Notes under the pieces: generated by a model | What the model was told of the DNA's origin: nothing | Database searches by the model: none | Seen by the model: only the letters and a program-made list of their open reading frames with translations | Position numbers and translations under genes: made by a program | Shown: piece by piece, positions 8,750-19,173 of the stretch | Layout: the number at the start of each line of letters is the position of its first letter | Numbering within the stretch: position 1 is the first letter of the stretch | Assembly (NCBI GenBank): GCA_013374855.1 | Contig: CP055308.1 | Location: 272,715-336,714 of the forward strand | DNA length: 64,000 nt | Direction: 5' to 3' | Origin: Candidatus Woesebacteria bacterium | GTDB lineage: Bacteria; Patescibacteriota; Microgenomatia; UBA8517

Positions 8750-11680
8750 ATGGAAAAAAAGTCCTTTTTGCAAAGGAAAAAAATAGTTATTTTTTCAGAG
8801 TACAATGGAGTTTCTGTTTCTTTAGTTGAAAAATTTTTGGCAAATTTTTTTAGTGTGAAAGTGGTTTGCGGCAAAAAGATTTTATGGGAGAAATATTCCC
8901 CATACCTTTTCTCTGGCGATTATTTAAGTATAACCAATTCTCTTGATGAAAGCGAAGAGTTGAAACAGAGTTTTTTGATTTTTGTCTCTTGTTTTTTTGA
9001 TAATTTGTCTTATTTAGAAGAAAAAGATGTTTTTGGTAGGGAGGAGGAGAGACTTCAGCGTTTTTTGTTTCTCAATACAAGGAAACGAAAATTTTTGGTT
9101 CTTCCTTATCAAGTTTACGACCCAATTGGCTTAAAGTTGATTGGAATTTACAGCAAAAAAGTTAATTTACAAGAAGACAAGAACTTGTTTATCTGCTATG
9201 TTGGTGAAGTTGTTGGACCTCGTGTTGTCTTATCTTTAAGATCAGAAGCTTTATCGGTTTTACACTCTTGTTTTTCTGGCGAAAATTTGTTTTTTTACTC
9301 AAAGACACCTTTTCTGAAGGTTTGCAGACCGGATGATTTTTCTCGAAAACTTGTAAAATTTGTTTTGGATAGCAAGTCAATAAAAGAGAGAAAAGCTTTT
9401 TTTTTGGGACAAAAGCTTTCTAGAAATTATTTTCTTCAAGTTTTAGAGAATGAGTTAAAGTTGGAACTAAGCAAATTTAGAAAAACAGAAGTTTTTCCTA
9501 AAAAGGCTGTTTTTGATAAAGAAATAGATACAAATTCATCTTTTGATGAAAAAGGAATTTCCGAAGTTGTCAAATGGTTTAGAAAAAATGAAGACGATTT
9601 CTTTTTAGAAAGAAGTGTTGTTAAGGCCGCGTTGCAAAAAGAAGGAATTCCTTTGATTAAAGAAAGTTATAAAAAAAACTATTCTAGCTTTCCATTAAGA
9701 AAAACGCTTTCTCTAGTAAAGGTGTTTTTGGTGTTTTTAGGAAATTTGGCTACTTTAGTTTATAAGAAGGTCGTTTCTGTGATAAAACCCTTATTTTTTG
9801 TTAAAAAGATTGTTAGGAATGATCGCAAAAAAGAATCAACCAAAGGAACAAGGTTTATTTGGAAAGTCGGATTTAGAAACGCTTTTGTGGCTTTTTTCAA
9901 ACCGGCACTTTTTTCTGTGTTTTTAGTTTTGGTTTTTCCTCTTTTTTTGTTTTTCACAAGTGGAATTTTTCTTTATTTAGGATATGTTTCCTTTAAGAAC
10001 TTTAATCTTTCTCGCTCAACTTTTTTTCTTAGATCATCAGAAAAAGTATCTTCTGTTTTGTCTGAAAATTATTATAGTTTAGCTAGATTTCCTGTTGTTG
10101 GTGGCTATTATTTGTTTCTTGGGGAAATGTCCTCCTTGCTTCGTGATTTTACTAACGTTTTTGTTTTGGGGATTTCTCTTGTAAAAAATGCTTCCTCTTT
10201 ATACGAAAAATCTTTGAAAGGTGAAGAAGTTGGTTTAACTGGTTTTTCCAAATCTTTGTTTTTGGACCTTAATTCTTTATATTTCAAGACATCACTTTTA
10301 GAGGGTAAAATTCTAGATCTACAGGAAAAGTATGCTTTCTTGAATGTGTTTTCCCGTGATTTAAATTTGTCTAAATATCGCAGAGAAATAATCGCTGCTA
10401 AGGAAGTGTCTCTTTTCTTGCCTGAAATTTTGGGCGAGAAAGAAGAAAAGAAGTATCTTGTGTTGTTCCAGAATAATATGGAAATAAGAGCAACAGGGGG
10501 GTTTATTGGGTCTTTTGCTATTTTGACTTTTAAAAAGGGGGCGCTTTCTAATTTTGAAGTATATGATGTTTATACAGCCGATGGTCAATTAAAAGGATAT
10601 GTTGAGCCGCCTTGGCAGATTAAAAAATATCTGGATCAGCCAGCTTGGTATTTGAGAGACTCTAACTGGGATCCAGATTTTTCGGTTTCTGCAAAAAGAG
10701 CACAATGGTTTTTAGATAAGTCGATAGATATAAATGTTGATGGGGTCTTTTCTTTTGACGTTTCTTTTGTAAAAGATCTGATTTCTGTGATAGGACACCT
10801 TAATATTCCTGATTATAATAGGACAATAGATCCTAATATTTTTTATGATGTTGTTCAGTATGAGGTTGAAAAAGATTTTTTTCCAGGTTCAAGGCAAAAA
10901 AGCAGTTTTTTAGCAGCTCTTTCAAAATCGCTTATTCTTGAAATAAAAGGAGCAAAACCAAACGTTTTAGTTTCTTTCTTGCCGGTTTTTTATGAGAATC
11001 TTGTTGAGAAGCATTTACAGTTGTTTTTCAACAGCGATAAAATTCAAGAAAAGATAACTTTTTTGGGCTGGGGTGGTGGTGCCAATAGAGACTTTTGCTT
11101 TTCTGAAAACTGTTTTGGTGATTTTGTTTTCTTGGTGGAATCAAACTTTGGTGTTAATAAAGCAAATTATTTTGTTTCAAGGAGTGCCAATATAAAGATT
11201 GAGGTGGGGGAAGACTTTTTAAGAAGAGAAATGGAAGTGCTTTTTGAAAACAGAGCACCTGTCGTTTTGGGGGATAAGGGAAAATATAAGAATTATTTTA
11301 GAATCTTTCTCCCTGCGGATGTGTTTGTAGAAAAGGCTACAATTCAGGAGGGAAATTATTATTATGATGTTGAATTAGATCAGGAAATGATTAGGGGCAT
11401 GAAGCAGGTTGGCTTGTTGGTGGAAATCTCCCCGGAAAGCAGCAAGAAGGTAATTTTGTCTTGGAACGACCGTAATTTGCTTGATCTTTCTAAAAATGGT
11501 GAATACAGATTTTTTTTTAGAAAACAATCTGGAATAGACGACATACCGCTTAATTTGGAAGTTAAATTTCCTTCAGGTTTTAGACCAGCATCAGACAACT
11601 TGCAGTTGACTAAAGATGGTTTTTTTGTTTATAATCAAGCGTCTTTAAAGACAGATTTCTTTACTAGATTTTACTGGTAG
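8750..11680 (+). CDS. DUF4012-like membrane protein with degenerate N-terminal epimerase-like region
   Basis: YLVLFQNNMEIRATGGFIGS, LRDSNWDPDF, NFGVNKAN motifs; central TM. Confidence 0.75.
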   Translation: MEKKSFLQRKKIVIFSEYNGVSVSLVEKFLANFFSVKVVCGKKILWEKYSPYLFSGDYLSITNSLDESEELKQSFLIFVSCFFDNLSYLEEKDVFGREEERLQRFLFLNTRKRKFLVLPYQVYDPIGLKLIGIYSKKVNLQEDKNLFICYVGEVVGPRVVLSLRSEALSVLHSCFSGENLFFYSKTPFLKVCRPDDFSRKLVKFVLDSKSIKERKAFFLGQKLSRNYFLQVLENELKLELSKFRKTEVFPKKAVFDKEIDTNSSFDEKGISEVVKWFRKNEDDFFLERSVVKAALQKEGIPLIKESYKKNYSSFPLRKTLSLVKVFLVFLGNLATLVYKKVVSVIKPLFFVKKIVRNDRKKESTKGTRFIWKVGFRNAFVAFFKPALFSVFLVLVFPLFLFFTSGIFLYLGYVSFKNFNLSRSTFFLRSSEKVSSVLSENYYSLARFPVVGGYYLFLGEMSSLLRDFTNVFVLGISLVKNASSLYEKSLKGEEVGLTGFSKSLFLDLNSLYFKTSLLEGKILDLQEKYAFLNVFSRDLNLSKYRREIIAAKEVSLFLPEILGEKEEKKYLVLFQNNMEIRATGGFIGSFAILTFKKGALSNFEVYDVYTADGQLKGYVEPPWQIKKYLDQPAWYLRDSNWDPDFSVSAKRAQWFLDKSIDINVDGVFSFDVSFVKDLISVIGHLNIPDYNRTIDPNIFYDVVQYEVEKDFFPGSRQKSSFLAALSKSLILEIKGAKPNVLVSFLPVFYENLVEKHLQLFFNSDKIQEKITFLGWGGGANRDFCFSENCFGDFVFLVESNFGVNKANYFVSRSANIKIEVGEDFLRREMEVLFENRAPVVLGDKGKYKNYFRIFLPADVFVEKATIQEGNYYYDVELDQEMIRGMKQVGLLVEISPESSKKVILSWNDRNLLDLSKNGEYRFFFRKQSGIDDIPLNLEVKFPSGFRPASDNLQLTKDGFFVYNQASLKTDFFTRFYW

Positions 11681-11683
11681 AGC

Positions 11684-12352
11684 ATGAAGAACAAATTAAC
11701 TTTAATTGCAAAAAGAAGGGAAATTTTGGGTAGAAAGGTCAAGAGACTCCGTCAAGAGGGCTTTCTTCCTGCCAATGTTTATGGAAAAGACTTTAAATCT
11801 GTTTCTGTTCAGGTTGCATACAAAGACTTTGAGAGAGTTTTCAAGGAAACAGGCGAAACACAACTTCTTTATCTTAAACTTGATGAGGAAGAAATTCCGG
11901 TTTTAATACATAATGTCCAAAAGGATCCAATAAGCGGTCTTTTTCTCCACGCTGATTTTATGAAAGTAAATCTTAAGGAAAAAGTTACTGCTTCTGTTCC
12001 GATTGTTGGAATAGGAGAGTCACCTGCAGAGAAGCAGGGATTGGGAACTGTTGTTTTTTACATAGACGAGCTTGAAGTTGAAGCTTTGCCAACGGATATT
12101 CCAGATAAAATAGAAGTTGATGTTTCTAATTTGTCTGAGGTAGATCAGTCTATATTGGTTTCTGATTTGAATGTAGACAAGAGCAGGGTGGAGGTTAAGG
12201 CAAACCCTGATGAGTTGGTAGTGAAAGTTGAGGCTGTTAGGGAAGAAAAGGAAGAACCCGCTGTTATTGAGACAGAAGAGAGGGAAAAAGAGGCAACCTC
12301 TTTAGACTCCCAAGCAGAAGCTTCTTCTGAAGAAAACAAGGAAGAAAATTAA
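11684..12352 (+). CDS. rplY: 50S ribosomal protein L25/CTC
   Basis: KVKRLRQEGFLPANVYG, HADF, LPTDIP; acidic tail. Confidence 0.95.
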   Translation: MKNKLTLIAKRREILGRKVKRLRQEGFLPANVYGKDFKSVSVQVAYKDFERVFKETGETQLLYLKLDEEEIPVLIHNVQKDPISGLFLHADFMKVNLKEKVTASVPIVGIGESPAEKQGLGTVVFYIDELEVEALPTDIPDKIEVDVSNLSEVDQSILVSDLNVDKSRVEVKANPDELVVKVEAVREEKEEPAVIETEEREKEATSLDSQAEASSEENKEEN

Positions 12353-12399
12353 GCTTTTGGCTCTTGCAATTTGTGTTTTTGTTGTTTATATTTTAATTA

Positions 12400-13404
12400 A
12401 TGCCTGAAGATAGTGGTACACAAGACAAACAAACCGGTTTTGTTCAAGAAAATGGTTTTTCTCAGCAAAACGACAAGTTAAGCTCAGAAGTCAATTCTTC
12501 ACAACCCAATCAGCCAACTCCTCTGAGCCAGTCTTCTGAGACACAACAAGGTTTCGTGGGTGGTGTGCAGGGGCAGTCTGATTTGCAACCGACAACTCTT
12601 CAACAACAAGAACCATTTTTACAAAAAAATACTTCTGTTGAACAACCAACCACTTCTTCGGATTCAATCTCAAAGGTAGATAATGAGAGCCAAAAAACCA
12701 TTTTGTTTCTTGCTTTAATTTTTTTTGTTTTCTCTTTGGTTGGTCTTTCTTTCTATCTTTTTTCTGGCATCACCAAAGGCAGGTTTTCTTTGTCTAGTTT
12801 GTTTTCCGGTGGCCAGCGTTTTGTCACACCACAGCCGACGGCGATGGTTATATCTGAAACACCGACACCACAACCTGTTATTGAGAATTTGGTTTATGCA
12901 GACGAGGTTTTATCTTTTGAATATCCTCAAGGGATGTCTGTTGTTAGGAAAGTTAATTCTTGGGTAATTGGTGAAGTTTCTTCTAAGCTACCAGAAAATG
13001 CCACAGGATCCGCTAATGTGGTTTTTGAAGTAGTAATAATCGATTCTGATGCTAAAAATGAGCCGATTGAATACCTTATTGGTGAAATTACAAAAACAGA
13101 CAAAAAGATTAACAAAAGCATTCTAGAGGAGCTTATTTCTAATGAAAAGATTGGTAATTATAATGTGTATTCCTATAAATTTGCTGACAGTAGTGTTGTT
13201 TATGTTTTTGAGGAAAATTTGTCAAAGAGGCTTGTAAAAGTGGTTGATTTTTCTTCCAGAACAAGTTCCGATTTGAAGGAATATGATGCAAAGTATTTAA
13301 TATCAAAGATTCGTTTTGTTGACTCTTCAAATAAGCAATCGCCATCTCCTTCTCTTTTACCTTCCCCCAAACCCACTTCCGGTAGATTTAATCTAGGAGA
13401 ATAG
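12400..13404 (+). CDS. Hypothetical single-TM protein with Q/S/P-rich N-terminus
   Basis: 334-aa ORF, one TM; promoter TTGCAA(12364)-17-TATATT(12387) 7 nt before ATG. Confidence 0.7.
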   Translation: MPEDSGTQDKQTGFVQENGFSQQNDKLSSEVNSSQPNQPTPLSQSSETQQGFVGGVQGQSDLQPTTLQQQEPFLQKNTSVEQPTTSSDSISKVDNESQKTILFLALIFFVFSLVGLSFYLFSGITKGRFSLSSLFSGGQRFVTPQPTAMVISETPTPQPVIENLVYADEVLSFEYPQGMSVVRKVNSWVIGEVSSKLPENATGSANVVFEVVIIDSDAKNEPIEYLIGEITKTDKKINKSILEELISNEKIGNYNVYSYKFADSSVVYVFEENLSKRLVKVVDFSSRTSSDLKEYDAKYLISKIRFVDSSNKQSPSPSLLPSPKPTSGRFNLGE

Positions 13405-13421
13405 TTTTGAAAATTGTTTTC

Positions 13422-15584
13422 TTACTTTTCCTTTATTATTGGCCAGCGTTCAATTATCAGGGGTTTTTTGGAGATGTTAAGTTCTCTCCAAACAGCTTCT
13501 GTAATGAAGGGCATAAAAGGGTGTAGGAGTATAAGACAATTTTTGAATACTTCTTGTAAGACAGAGATAGAAGGTTTCCTTATTTTCGTTCCTTTTTCTG
13601 TTTTTATCTTTGTTGACTCCAAATATTTATCGGCAAGTTTGTGCCAGACAAATTTATAAAGCTCATTTATTGCTTCATTTAATCTGTATTCTTCAATTTG
13701 TTTTGTTGTTTTTTGAATTGTTTTTTGTAGGTCTTTTATTATCAAGGAGTCCTCCTTTGTTTGGGGATTTGGTTTTTCTTTTCCCCAATTTAGGTTGGCT
13801 TTTGTTATTTTGATAAACCTTGCTATGTTCCAGAGTTTATTGGCAAAATTTCTTTGGCCCTTTATATTTTCTTCAGAAACACTAATATCGTTTTCTATTT
13901 TGCTTCCCCAAATTAGGGCTGTTCTTAAAGCGTCTGTGCCATATTTATAGGACATCTCAAGGGGATTTATTACATTTCCTTTGGATTTACTGATCTTTTG
14001 TCCTTCTTTATCGCGCACCAAACCATGAATTAGAACCTCTCTAAAAGGAACATTGTTTGTTGCATAAAGACCAAGCATAATCATTCTGATTACCCAAAAA
14101 GGGATGATATCAAATCCAGTTTCCATTACTGATGTTGGGTAGAAGTTTGCAAAATCGATTAATCTTTTTTTGTCTTTTAGGGAGAGAGGAATTTTTATTT
14201 TACTTCCTGACCTGGCAAGCAGTGTGGCATAAGGCCATTGTCCTGATGAGAACCAGGTGTCGAAGGTGTCTTTGTCTTGTTCTATATTTTTGCTGTAGCA
14301 AAACTGGCAGGAAACTGGTGTTTCTCCTTCAGTAATAGTCCATTTTTGGCAATCTTTGCAGAACCATGCTGGAATTCTTATTCCCCAAACGATTTGCCTT
14401 GAGATATTCCAATCTTTTAGATTTGAAAGCCAGTGCATAGCCATTTTTTCATATTTTCTTGAAACAAACCTTACTTTTTTTCCTTTTATGGCAGAAAGTG
14501 CATTTTTTGCCAGTTTTTCAACTTTTATAAACCATTGTTCTTCGGGTAGGGGTTCTATTAGTCCCTTGTCTTTATAACAAATAGAAACCAAGTGTTTTAT
14601 TTTTTCTTTTTTAATAACAACCCCTTCTTTTTCAAGATCTAGGACGACTTTAATTCTTGCCTCTTCAGCTTTGAGACCGAGATATTGTTTTGGGGTATTT
14701 ACCATTCTACCCTGCTTGTCTATTACAAGAATTGTTGGTAGGTTGTGTTTTTTGCCTATTTCAAAATCTGTTGCATCATGCCCTGGGGTAATTTTTAAGG
14801 CGCCGGTCCCAAAATTAATATCCACTAGGTTATCTGCAATGATAGGAATTTTTCTTTTTATTATAGGTATAGTGGCAGTTTTGCCTATTAGTTTTTTGTA
14901 TCTTTTATCTTTTGGATTGACCGCAATTGCGGTGTCTGCAAAAATTGTTTCAGGGCGTGTTGTAGCAATGGTGATTGTTTTATAGTCGAGATAGAAAAGA
15001 GTGCTTTCTCTTTCTTGAGGCTCTGTTTCGAGTTGAGAATAGGCAGTCCCACAGCGGGGGCAGTAGTTTACGATTCTTTTTCCTCGATAAACAAGCCCAT
15101 CTTCATATAATCTTTTGAATGTTTTGTAAACTATTTTTACAATTTCTGTATCCAGGGTAAACTTTTCTCTTGTCCAATCACATGATGCTCCAAGAGATTT
15201 GATTTGTTTTTCCATATTGATTTTGTTTTCCTGAACATAATTCCAGATCAATTGATAAAGTTCTTCTCTGGAAAAATCAAAGCGGCTTTTACCTTGTTCT
15301 TTTAATTTTTTTTCAAAAACAAATTGAGTTTCAATTCCAGCGTGGTCTGCTCCCGGAAGCCAAAGAACATCTTCTCCTTTCATCCTATGGTATCTTATTA
15401 GAATATCTTGGATGGTAATAAACCTTGCATGTCCTATGTGAAGGTCGGCGTTTGCGTTTGGTGGGGGCATAATAATACAAAATTTTTTTCTTCCCTTTTT
15501 TGGTTTTGGGGTAAAATATCCGGATTTTTCCCAAAACTTATATATTTTTTCCTCATATTTTTGATGCTCCCAGACTTTTTGCAT
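13422..15584 (-). CDS. valS: Valine--tRNA ligase (short form)
   Basis: PPPNAN..LHIGH, DHAGI.TQ, DWNISRQ, DTFDTWFSS, KISKS; start moved to MQKVW, 7 nt after TATAAT. Confidence 0.95.
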   Translation of the reverse strand: MQKVWEHQKYEEKIYKFWEKSGYFTPKPKKGRKKFCIIMPPPNANADLHIGHARFITIQDILIRYHRMKGEDVLWLPGADHAGIETQFVFEKKLKEQGKSRFDFSREELYQLIWNYVQENKINMEKQIKSLGASCDWTREKFTLDTEIVKIVYKTFKRLYEDGLVYRGKRIVNYCPRCGTAYSQLETEPQERESTLFYLDYKTITIATTRPETIFADTAIAVNPKDKRYKKLIGKTATIPIIKRKIPIIADNLVDINFGTGALKITPGHDATDFEIGKKHNLPTILVIDKQGRMVNTPKQYLGLKAEEARIKVVLDLEKEGVVIKKEKIKHLVSICYKDKGLIEPLPEEQWFIKVEKLAKNALSAIKGKKVRFVSRKYEKMAMHWLSNLKDWNISRQIVWGIRIPAWFCKDCQKWTITEGETPVSCQFCYSKNIEQDKDTFDTWFSSGQWPYATLLARSGSKIKIPLSLKDKKRLIDFANFYPTSVMETGFDIIPFWVIRMIMLGLYATNNVPFREVLIHGLVRDKEGQKISKSKGNVINPLEMSYKYGTDALRTALIWGSKIENDISVSEENIKGQRNFANKLWNIARFIKITKANLNWGKEKPNPQTKEDSLIIKDLQKTIQKTTKQIEEYRLNEAINELYKFVWHKLADKYLESTKIKTEKGTKIRKPSISVLQEVFKNCLILLHPFMPFITEAVWRELNISKKPLIIERWPIIKEK

Positions 15585-15637
15585 TTGCCAAATTATAGCG
15601 CAAAAAGATTTCAAAGTGAATTTGTTATAATTTTCTT

Positions 15638-15859
15638 ATGCAAGATGTGGGAAAAATTTTTTTGATTGCAGGTTTTGTGTTAATTTTGATTGGATTTCTC
15701 TTTTTAATCGATAAGCAATCTTTTTTTGGGAAACTTCCCGGTGATATTGTTATCGAAAGGGGAAATTTTAGTTTTTATTTTCCTCTTACCACTTCTATTT
15801 TGTTGAGTTTGCTTTTGTCTTTGATTTTTGTTTTTATTTCTTTTCTGAGAGGTAAATAA
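15638..15859 (+). CDS. DUF2905-like small membrane protein
   Basis: GKLPGDI...FYFPLTTSILLS. Confidence 0.85.
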   Translation: MQDVGKIFLIAGFVLILIGFLFLIDKQSFFGKLPGDIVIERGNFSFYFPLTTSILLSLLLSLIFVFISFLRGK

Positions 15860-16415
15860 ACTCAACCGGAGTTAATATCTGAATCCACTCTCTGTTTGAA
15901 ATTTGATCTCTGATTTCTTCTGCTTTATCATCAACAATCATGACTTTTTTGAATTCTTTTTTGTTAATAAAGAACTTTTCGTTTTTGATTCTTGAGGTTA
16001 TAAATTTTACCTTTTTGTCGTTTAAAATTTTAATTTTGTTGAATATTTTCTTTAATCCGAGTTTTTTTATTTTTTTACTTTGTATTTTTCTATCGCCCTC
16101 TGTTAGTAGTATCTTGTATCCTTTGGTTTTCTCTAAAATCAAAATTAAATCTTTGTTTAATCTTTCTTTTTTGACTTTGGAGTAGAATAGGTTTTCTTTT
16201 ATATCATTTTTTGTCTCCCTTTTTATATTTTTGAGGAAATTTTCTAGTAGGTTTTTATAGCCGTTTTTGTTTTTTGTTTTTTTATAAATTTCTTCTATTT
16301 GTTTTTTGGGATAGTTGGTTTTAGCTGCAACGTTGTTAAAGAAATCCTCTTTGATTTTTGATGTATTAAGCAGTGTATCATCAAGATCTACCAGAAGAAC
16401 ATTTTCGGTGTCCAT
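15834..16415 (-). CDS. HAD-superfamily hydrolase
   Basis: DLDDTL motif I, LLTEG motif II, VDDK motif IV. Confidence 0.75.
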   Translation of the reverse strand: MDTENVLLVDLDDTLLNTSKIKEDFFNNVAAKTNYPKKQIEEIYKKTKNKNGYKNLLENFLKNIKRETKNDIKENLFYSKVKKERLNKDLILILEKTKGYKILLTEGDRKIQSKKIKKLGLKKIFNKIKILNDKKVKFITSRIKNEKFFINKKEFKKVMIVDDKAEEIRDQISNREWIQILTPVEFIYLSEKK

Positions 16416-16417
16416 GT

Positions 16418-17473
16418 TTAGATTTTTAAGTTTGGGATTCTTTCAATTTTGTTTATCTCCTTTGGTTTTATTGACTCTGTTGTTTTTTTAATATATGCGG
16501 TAAAAGCTATCATGGCGGCGTTGTCGCTGCATATTTTTTTGTTTTCAGGAAACATTATTTCGATATTTTTTTCCTTGGCTATTTTTCTTAGTCTTTTCCT
16601 TATTTCTAAATTTGCGGCAACTCCACCACCAACTAGAAGAGTTTTTGCTTCATAGAGGTCAACGATTGGCTTGATCGTTCTTGTTAGATGGGTGAAGGCT
16701 CTGTCTTGGTAGAAGTATGATAGATTTATTATGTCTGTTTTGTTAAGATTTCCTTTTAGTGATTCTATTTTCTCAACAAGTCTTACAAGAGCAGTTTTTA
16801 GTCCGGAATAACTGATTTTTCTGTTTTGTTTTTCTTGAGCAAAGGGAAGAGGCAGCGGGTTTTCTTCTTTTGTTGTTTTTTCTTTTAATTGTGCCATTTT
16901 TTCAAGCACAGGCCCTCCGGGATAACCAAGACCCAAGAGGCGAGCCCCCTTATCAAGAGCCTCGCCTAATGCATCATCTGATGTTTCAGCTAAAACTTTG
17001 TATTTTCCTATTTTTTCAGTATAGACAAAAATTGTATTTCCTCCTGATATGACAAGTCCAAAAGCGGGAAACTTGGATTTTATTTTTGGAATACTCCATT
17101 TATTTGAGGATGACACAAATGGGGAAAGGATGTGTCCTTCTAGGTGATTTATGGGGAAAATCGGCTTTTTGTATTTTTGAGATATTTCTTTTGCTTTAGC
17201 GATTCCTACTTCCAAAGCAGGAGCAAGACCGGGCCCAACGGTGACAGCAATGATATCTATATCCTCAATGTCTGTTTTAGCCTGATTTAGAGCTTTTTTA
17301 ATGATGAAATCTATTTTTTCTTGATGTTCTCTTTTGGCAAGAGTTGGGTAAACTCCACCAAATTTTGAATGAAGTATTGCTTGAGACCAAATTTTGTTTG
17401 ACAGAACTCTATTGTCTTGGCAAACCGCTACTGATGTTTCATCACAACTTGTGTCAATTCCAAGAATTATCAT
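16418..17473 (-). CDS. tsaD: tRNA N6-threonylcarbamoyltransferase TsaD
   Basis: GIDTSCDET, GPGL, NHLEGH, DDALGEALDK, GYPGGP, DNAAMI. Confidence 0.97.
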   Translation of the reverse strand: MIILGIDTSCDETSVAVCQDNRVLSNKIWSQAILHSKFGGVYPTLAKREHQEKIDFIIKKALNQAKTDIEDIDIIAVTVGPGLAPALEVGIAKAKEISQKYKKPIFPINHLEGHILSPFVSSSNKWSIPKIKSKFPAFGLVISGGNTIFVYTEKIGKYKVLAETSDDALGEALDKGARLLGLGYPGGPVLEKMAQLKEKTTKEENPLPLPFAQEKQNRKISYSGLKTALVRLVEKIESLKGNLNKTDIINLSYFYQDRAFTHLTRTIKPIVDLYEAKTLLVGGGVAANLEIRKRLRKIAKEKNIEIMFPENKKICSDNAAMIAFTAYIKKTTESIKPKEINKIERIPNLKI

Positions 17474-17477
17474 TTGC

Positions 17478-18533
17478 CTATAGAATCCCCCAAGTAATTA
17501 TTCTTTCGTTTTCCCTCTTGCCATAATTGATCCTTACCCAAATAACAATAGCATCCTCGCTGTGTTTTTTTATAATATCAACTATTTTGTTTGCCCACTC
17601 AATGGCAACCACAGGATTCTCTTTTAGCAACTTTTCTAACCCCATTTTTTCTATTTCTTCTTCATTTTCTAGTCTCCAGACATCTATATGAAAGAGTTTG
17701 GTTTTTTTTCCTTTATGTTCGGTAATGATGTCATAGGTTGGTGATTTTATGTCTTCTTTTATTCCCAGAACGCTTCCTAATCCTTTTGTAAACACTGTTT
17801 TTCCTGTCCCCATTTTTCCTTCAAGGGCAAAAATAATGGGTCTTGTCTGGTAAAATTTGGCATATTTCTGGTAAATGGTTTTGGCAAGGCTTTGTGTATT
17901 TTCCTCATCTTTGGATAAAAACTTATTTTTATTTTTTATTTTTATACCTCCTTGTCTGATAATAGCTGGCTCTTCTTGTGTGGTGTCAATAACAGTTGAC
18001 GGCTTGTTTTTTGGTAGCCTTCCGGCATCAACTATAATGTCAATTAGTTCTTTTTGTGAATGGCTTAAGTTATCAAGAATGTCTTTAACTGAGTGTGGAT
18101 TTTTTTTGTAGCTTGCGTTTGCTGATGTGGCAGTTAATGGTTTTTGATATTTTTTAATCACTTCAAGAACAAATGGGTAGTTGGGAATTCTTATTCCAAG
18201 CGTTTTTTCTTCAGATTCAACTCCTTTTGCAACTTTTCCTTTACTTTTGGAAATAATTGTCAAGGGACCCGGCAGGAAATTTTTGTAAAGATTTTTTGCT
18301 GTTTTGTTAAGGTATACATATTTTTCTGCCATCTTTTGATTTGATACTGCTACAGAGTAAGGTTTCCCAAATGGTCTTTTTTTGTATTTGTTCAATTTTT
18401 CAATTGCTTTTGGGTTTGTGGCGTCAACAAACGCTCCATAGACGGTTTCTGTGGGCATAATAACAAGGCCCCCTTTTTGAAGTGTTTCTGTTAATTCTTC
18501 TATATTTGCTTTATTGATTTTTATTATTTTCAT
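17478..18533 (-). CDS. Fusion of TsaC/Sua5 (YrdC) and TsaE ATPase
   Basis: N-half PTETVYG, KKR, PGPLT, GIRIP, TSAN, PSTV; C-half GKMGTGKT, SPTY, HIDVWRL, IEWA. Confidence 0.9.
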   Translation of the reverse strand: MKIIKINKANIEELTETLQKGGLVIMPTETVYGAFVDATNPKAIEKLNKYKKRPFGKPYSVAVSNQKMAEKYVYLNKTAKNLYKNFLPGPLTIISKSKGKVAKGVESEEKTLGIRIPNYPFVLEVIKKYQKPLTATSANASYKKNPHSVKDILDNLSHSQKELIDIIVDAGRLPKNKPSTVIDTTQEEPAIIRQGGIKIKNKNKFLSKDEENTQSLAKTIYQKYAKFYQTRPIIFALEGKMGTGKTVFTKGLGSVLGIKEDIKSPTYDIITEHKGKKTKLFHIDVWRLENEEEIEKMGLEKLLKENPVVAIEWANKIVDIIKKHSEDAIVIWVRINYGKRENERIITWGIL

Positions 18534-19143
18534 CTTGTTGTTCAAACTCCTTTCTCTCCTGTTTGATGGATATAATTATTATGGCTATTGCAATACAGAC
18601 AAGGATCCAAGAAAGAACCCCTAATTTTGAGAGAGCAGATTCTATTTGAGATTTCTCTGCTCCTGCAAGAAAGCCAATAAACCCAACCAGAGAAACCCAA
18701 CTTAATGAAGCAGCTGCTGAATATAAGAGAAAACGAAAAAGTGAGTAATTGTCAACTCCTGCAACATAAGCTGTCCAGAATCTAGTTAGATTTGCAAGCA
18801 TTGAGGAAGTGAGAATAAGCGCTCCGTTTTTTTGTAGAAGTGTTTTTGCTCTTTGGGCGTTTCTTTCTTGGTTAAGTTTTTTGACAAACCAAAGACCTGT
18901 TTTTCTTCCCAAGAAGTATCCTCCAATCAGGGAAAACCAAGCTCCGATCCAAGAAGAAATTATGATTTTAATAAAAAGATAAACATTTGGATAACTGAAG
19001 AAGCTGGCAGCAGCAATAACTAAACCGCCAGGTATTGTCCATCCGAAAGGTGTTATTTCTACAAAACTTGCCACAAAGACAATCAGTAAACCAAAATTAT
19101 CAAACAGGAATTTTGTTTTTTCAAAAACTTCTGCAACCCCCAT
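18511..19143 (-). CDS. DedA family membrane protein
   Basis: FVE..PFG..IPG, GYFLGR, AG...F..Y pattern. Confidence 0.85.
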   Translation of the reverse strand: MGVAEVFEKTKFLFDNFGLLIVFVASFVEITPFGWTIPGGLVIAAASFFSYPNVYLFIKIIISSWIGAWFSLIGGYFLGRKTGLWFVKKLNQERNAQRAKTLLQKNGALILTSSMLANLTRFWTAYVAGVDNYSLFRFLLYSAAASLSWVSLVGFIGFLAGAEKSQIESALSKLGVLSWILVCIAIAIIIISIKQERKEFEQQDENNKNQ

Positions 19144-19173
19144 TTTTCTATTATATCCTATAGAAGTTATATT

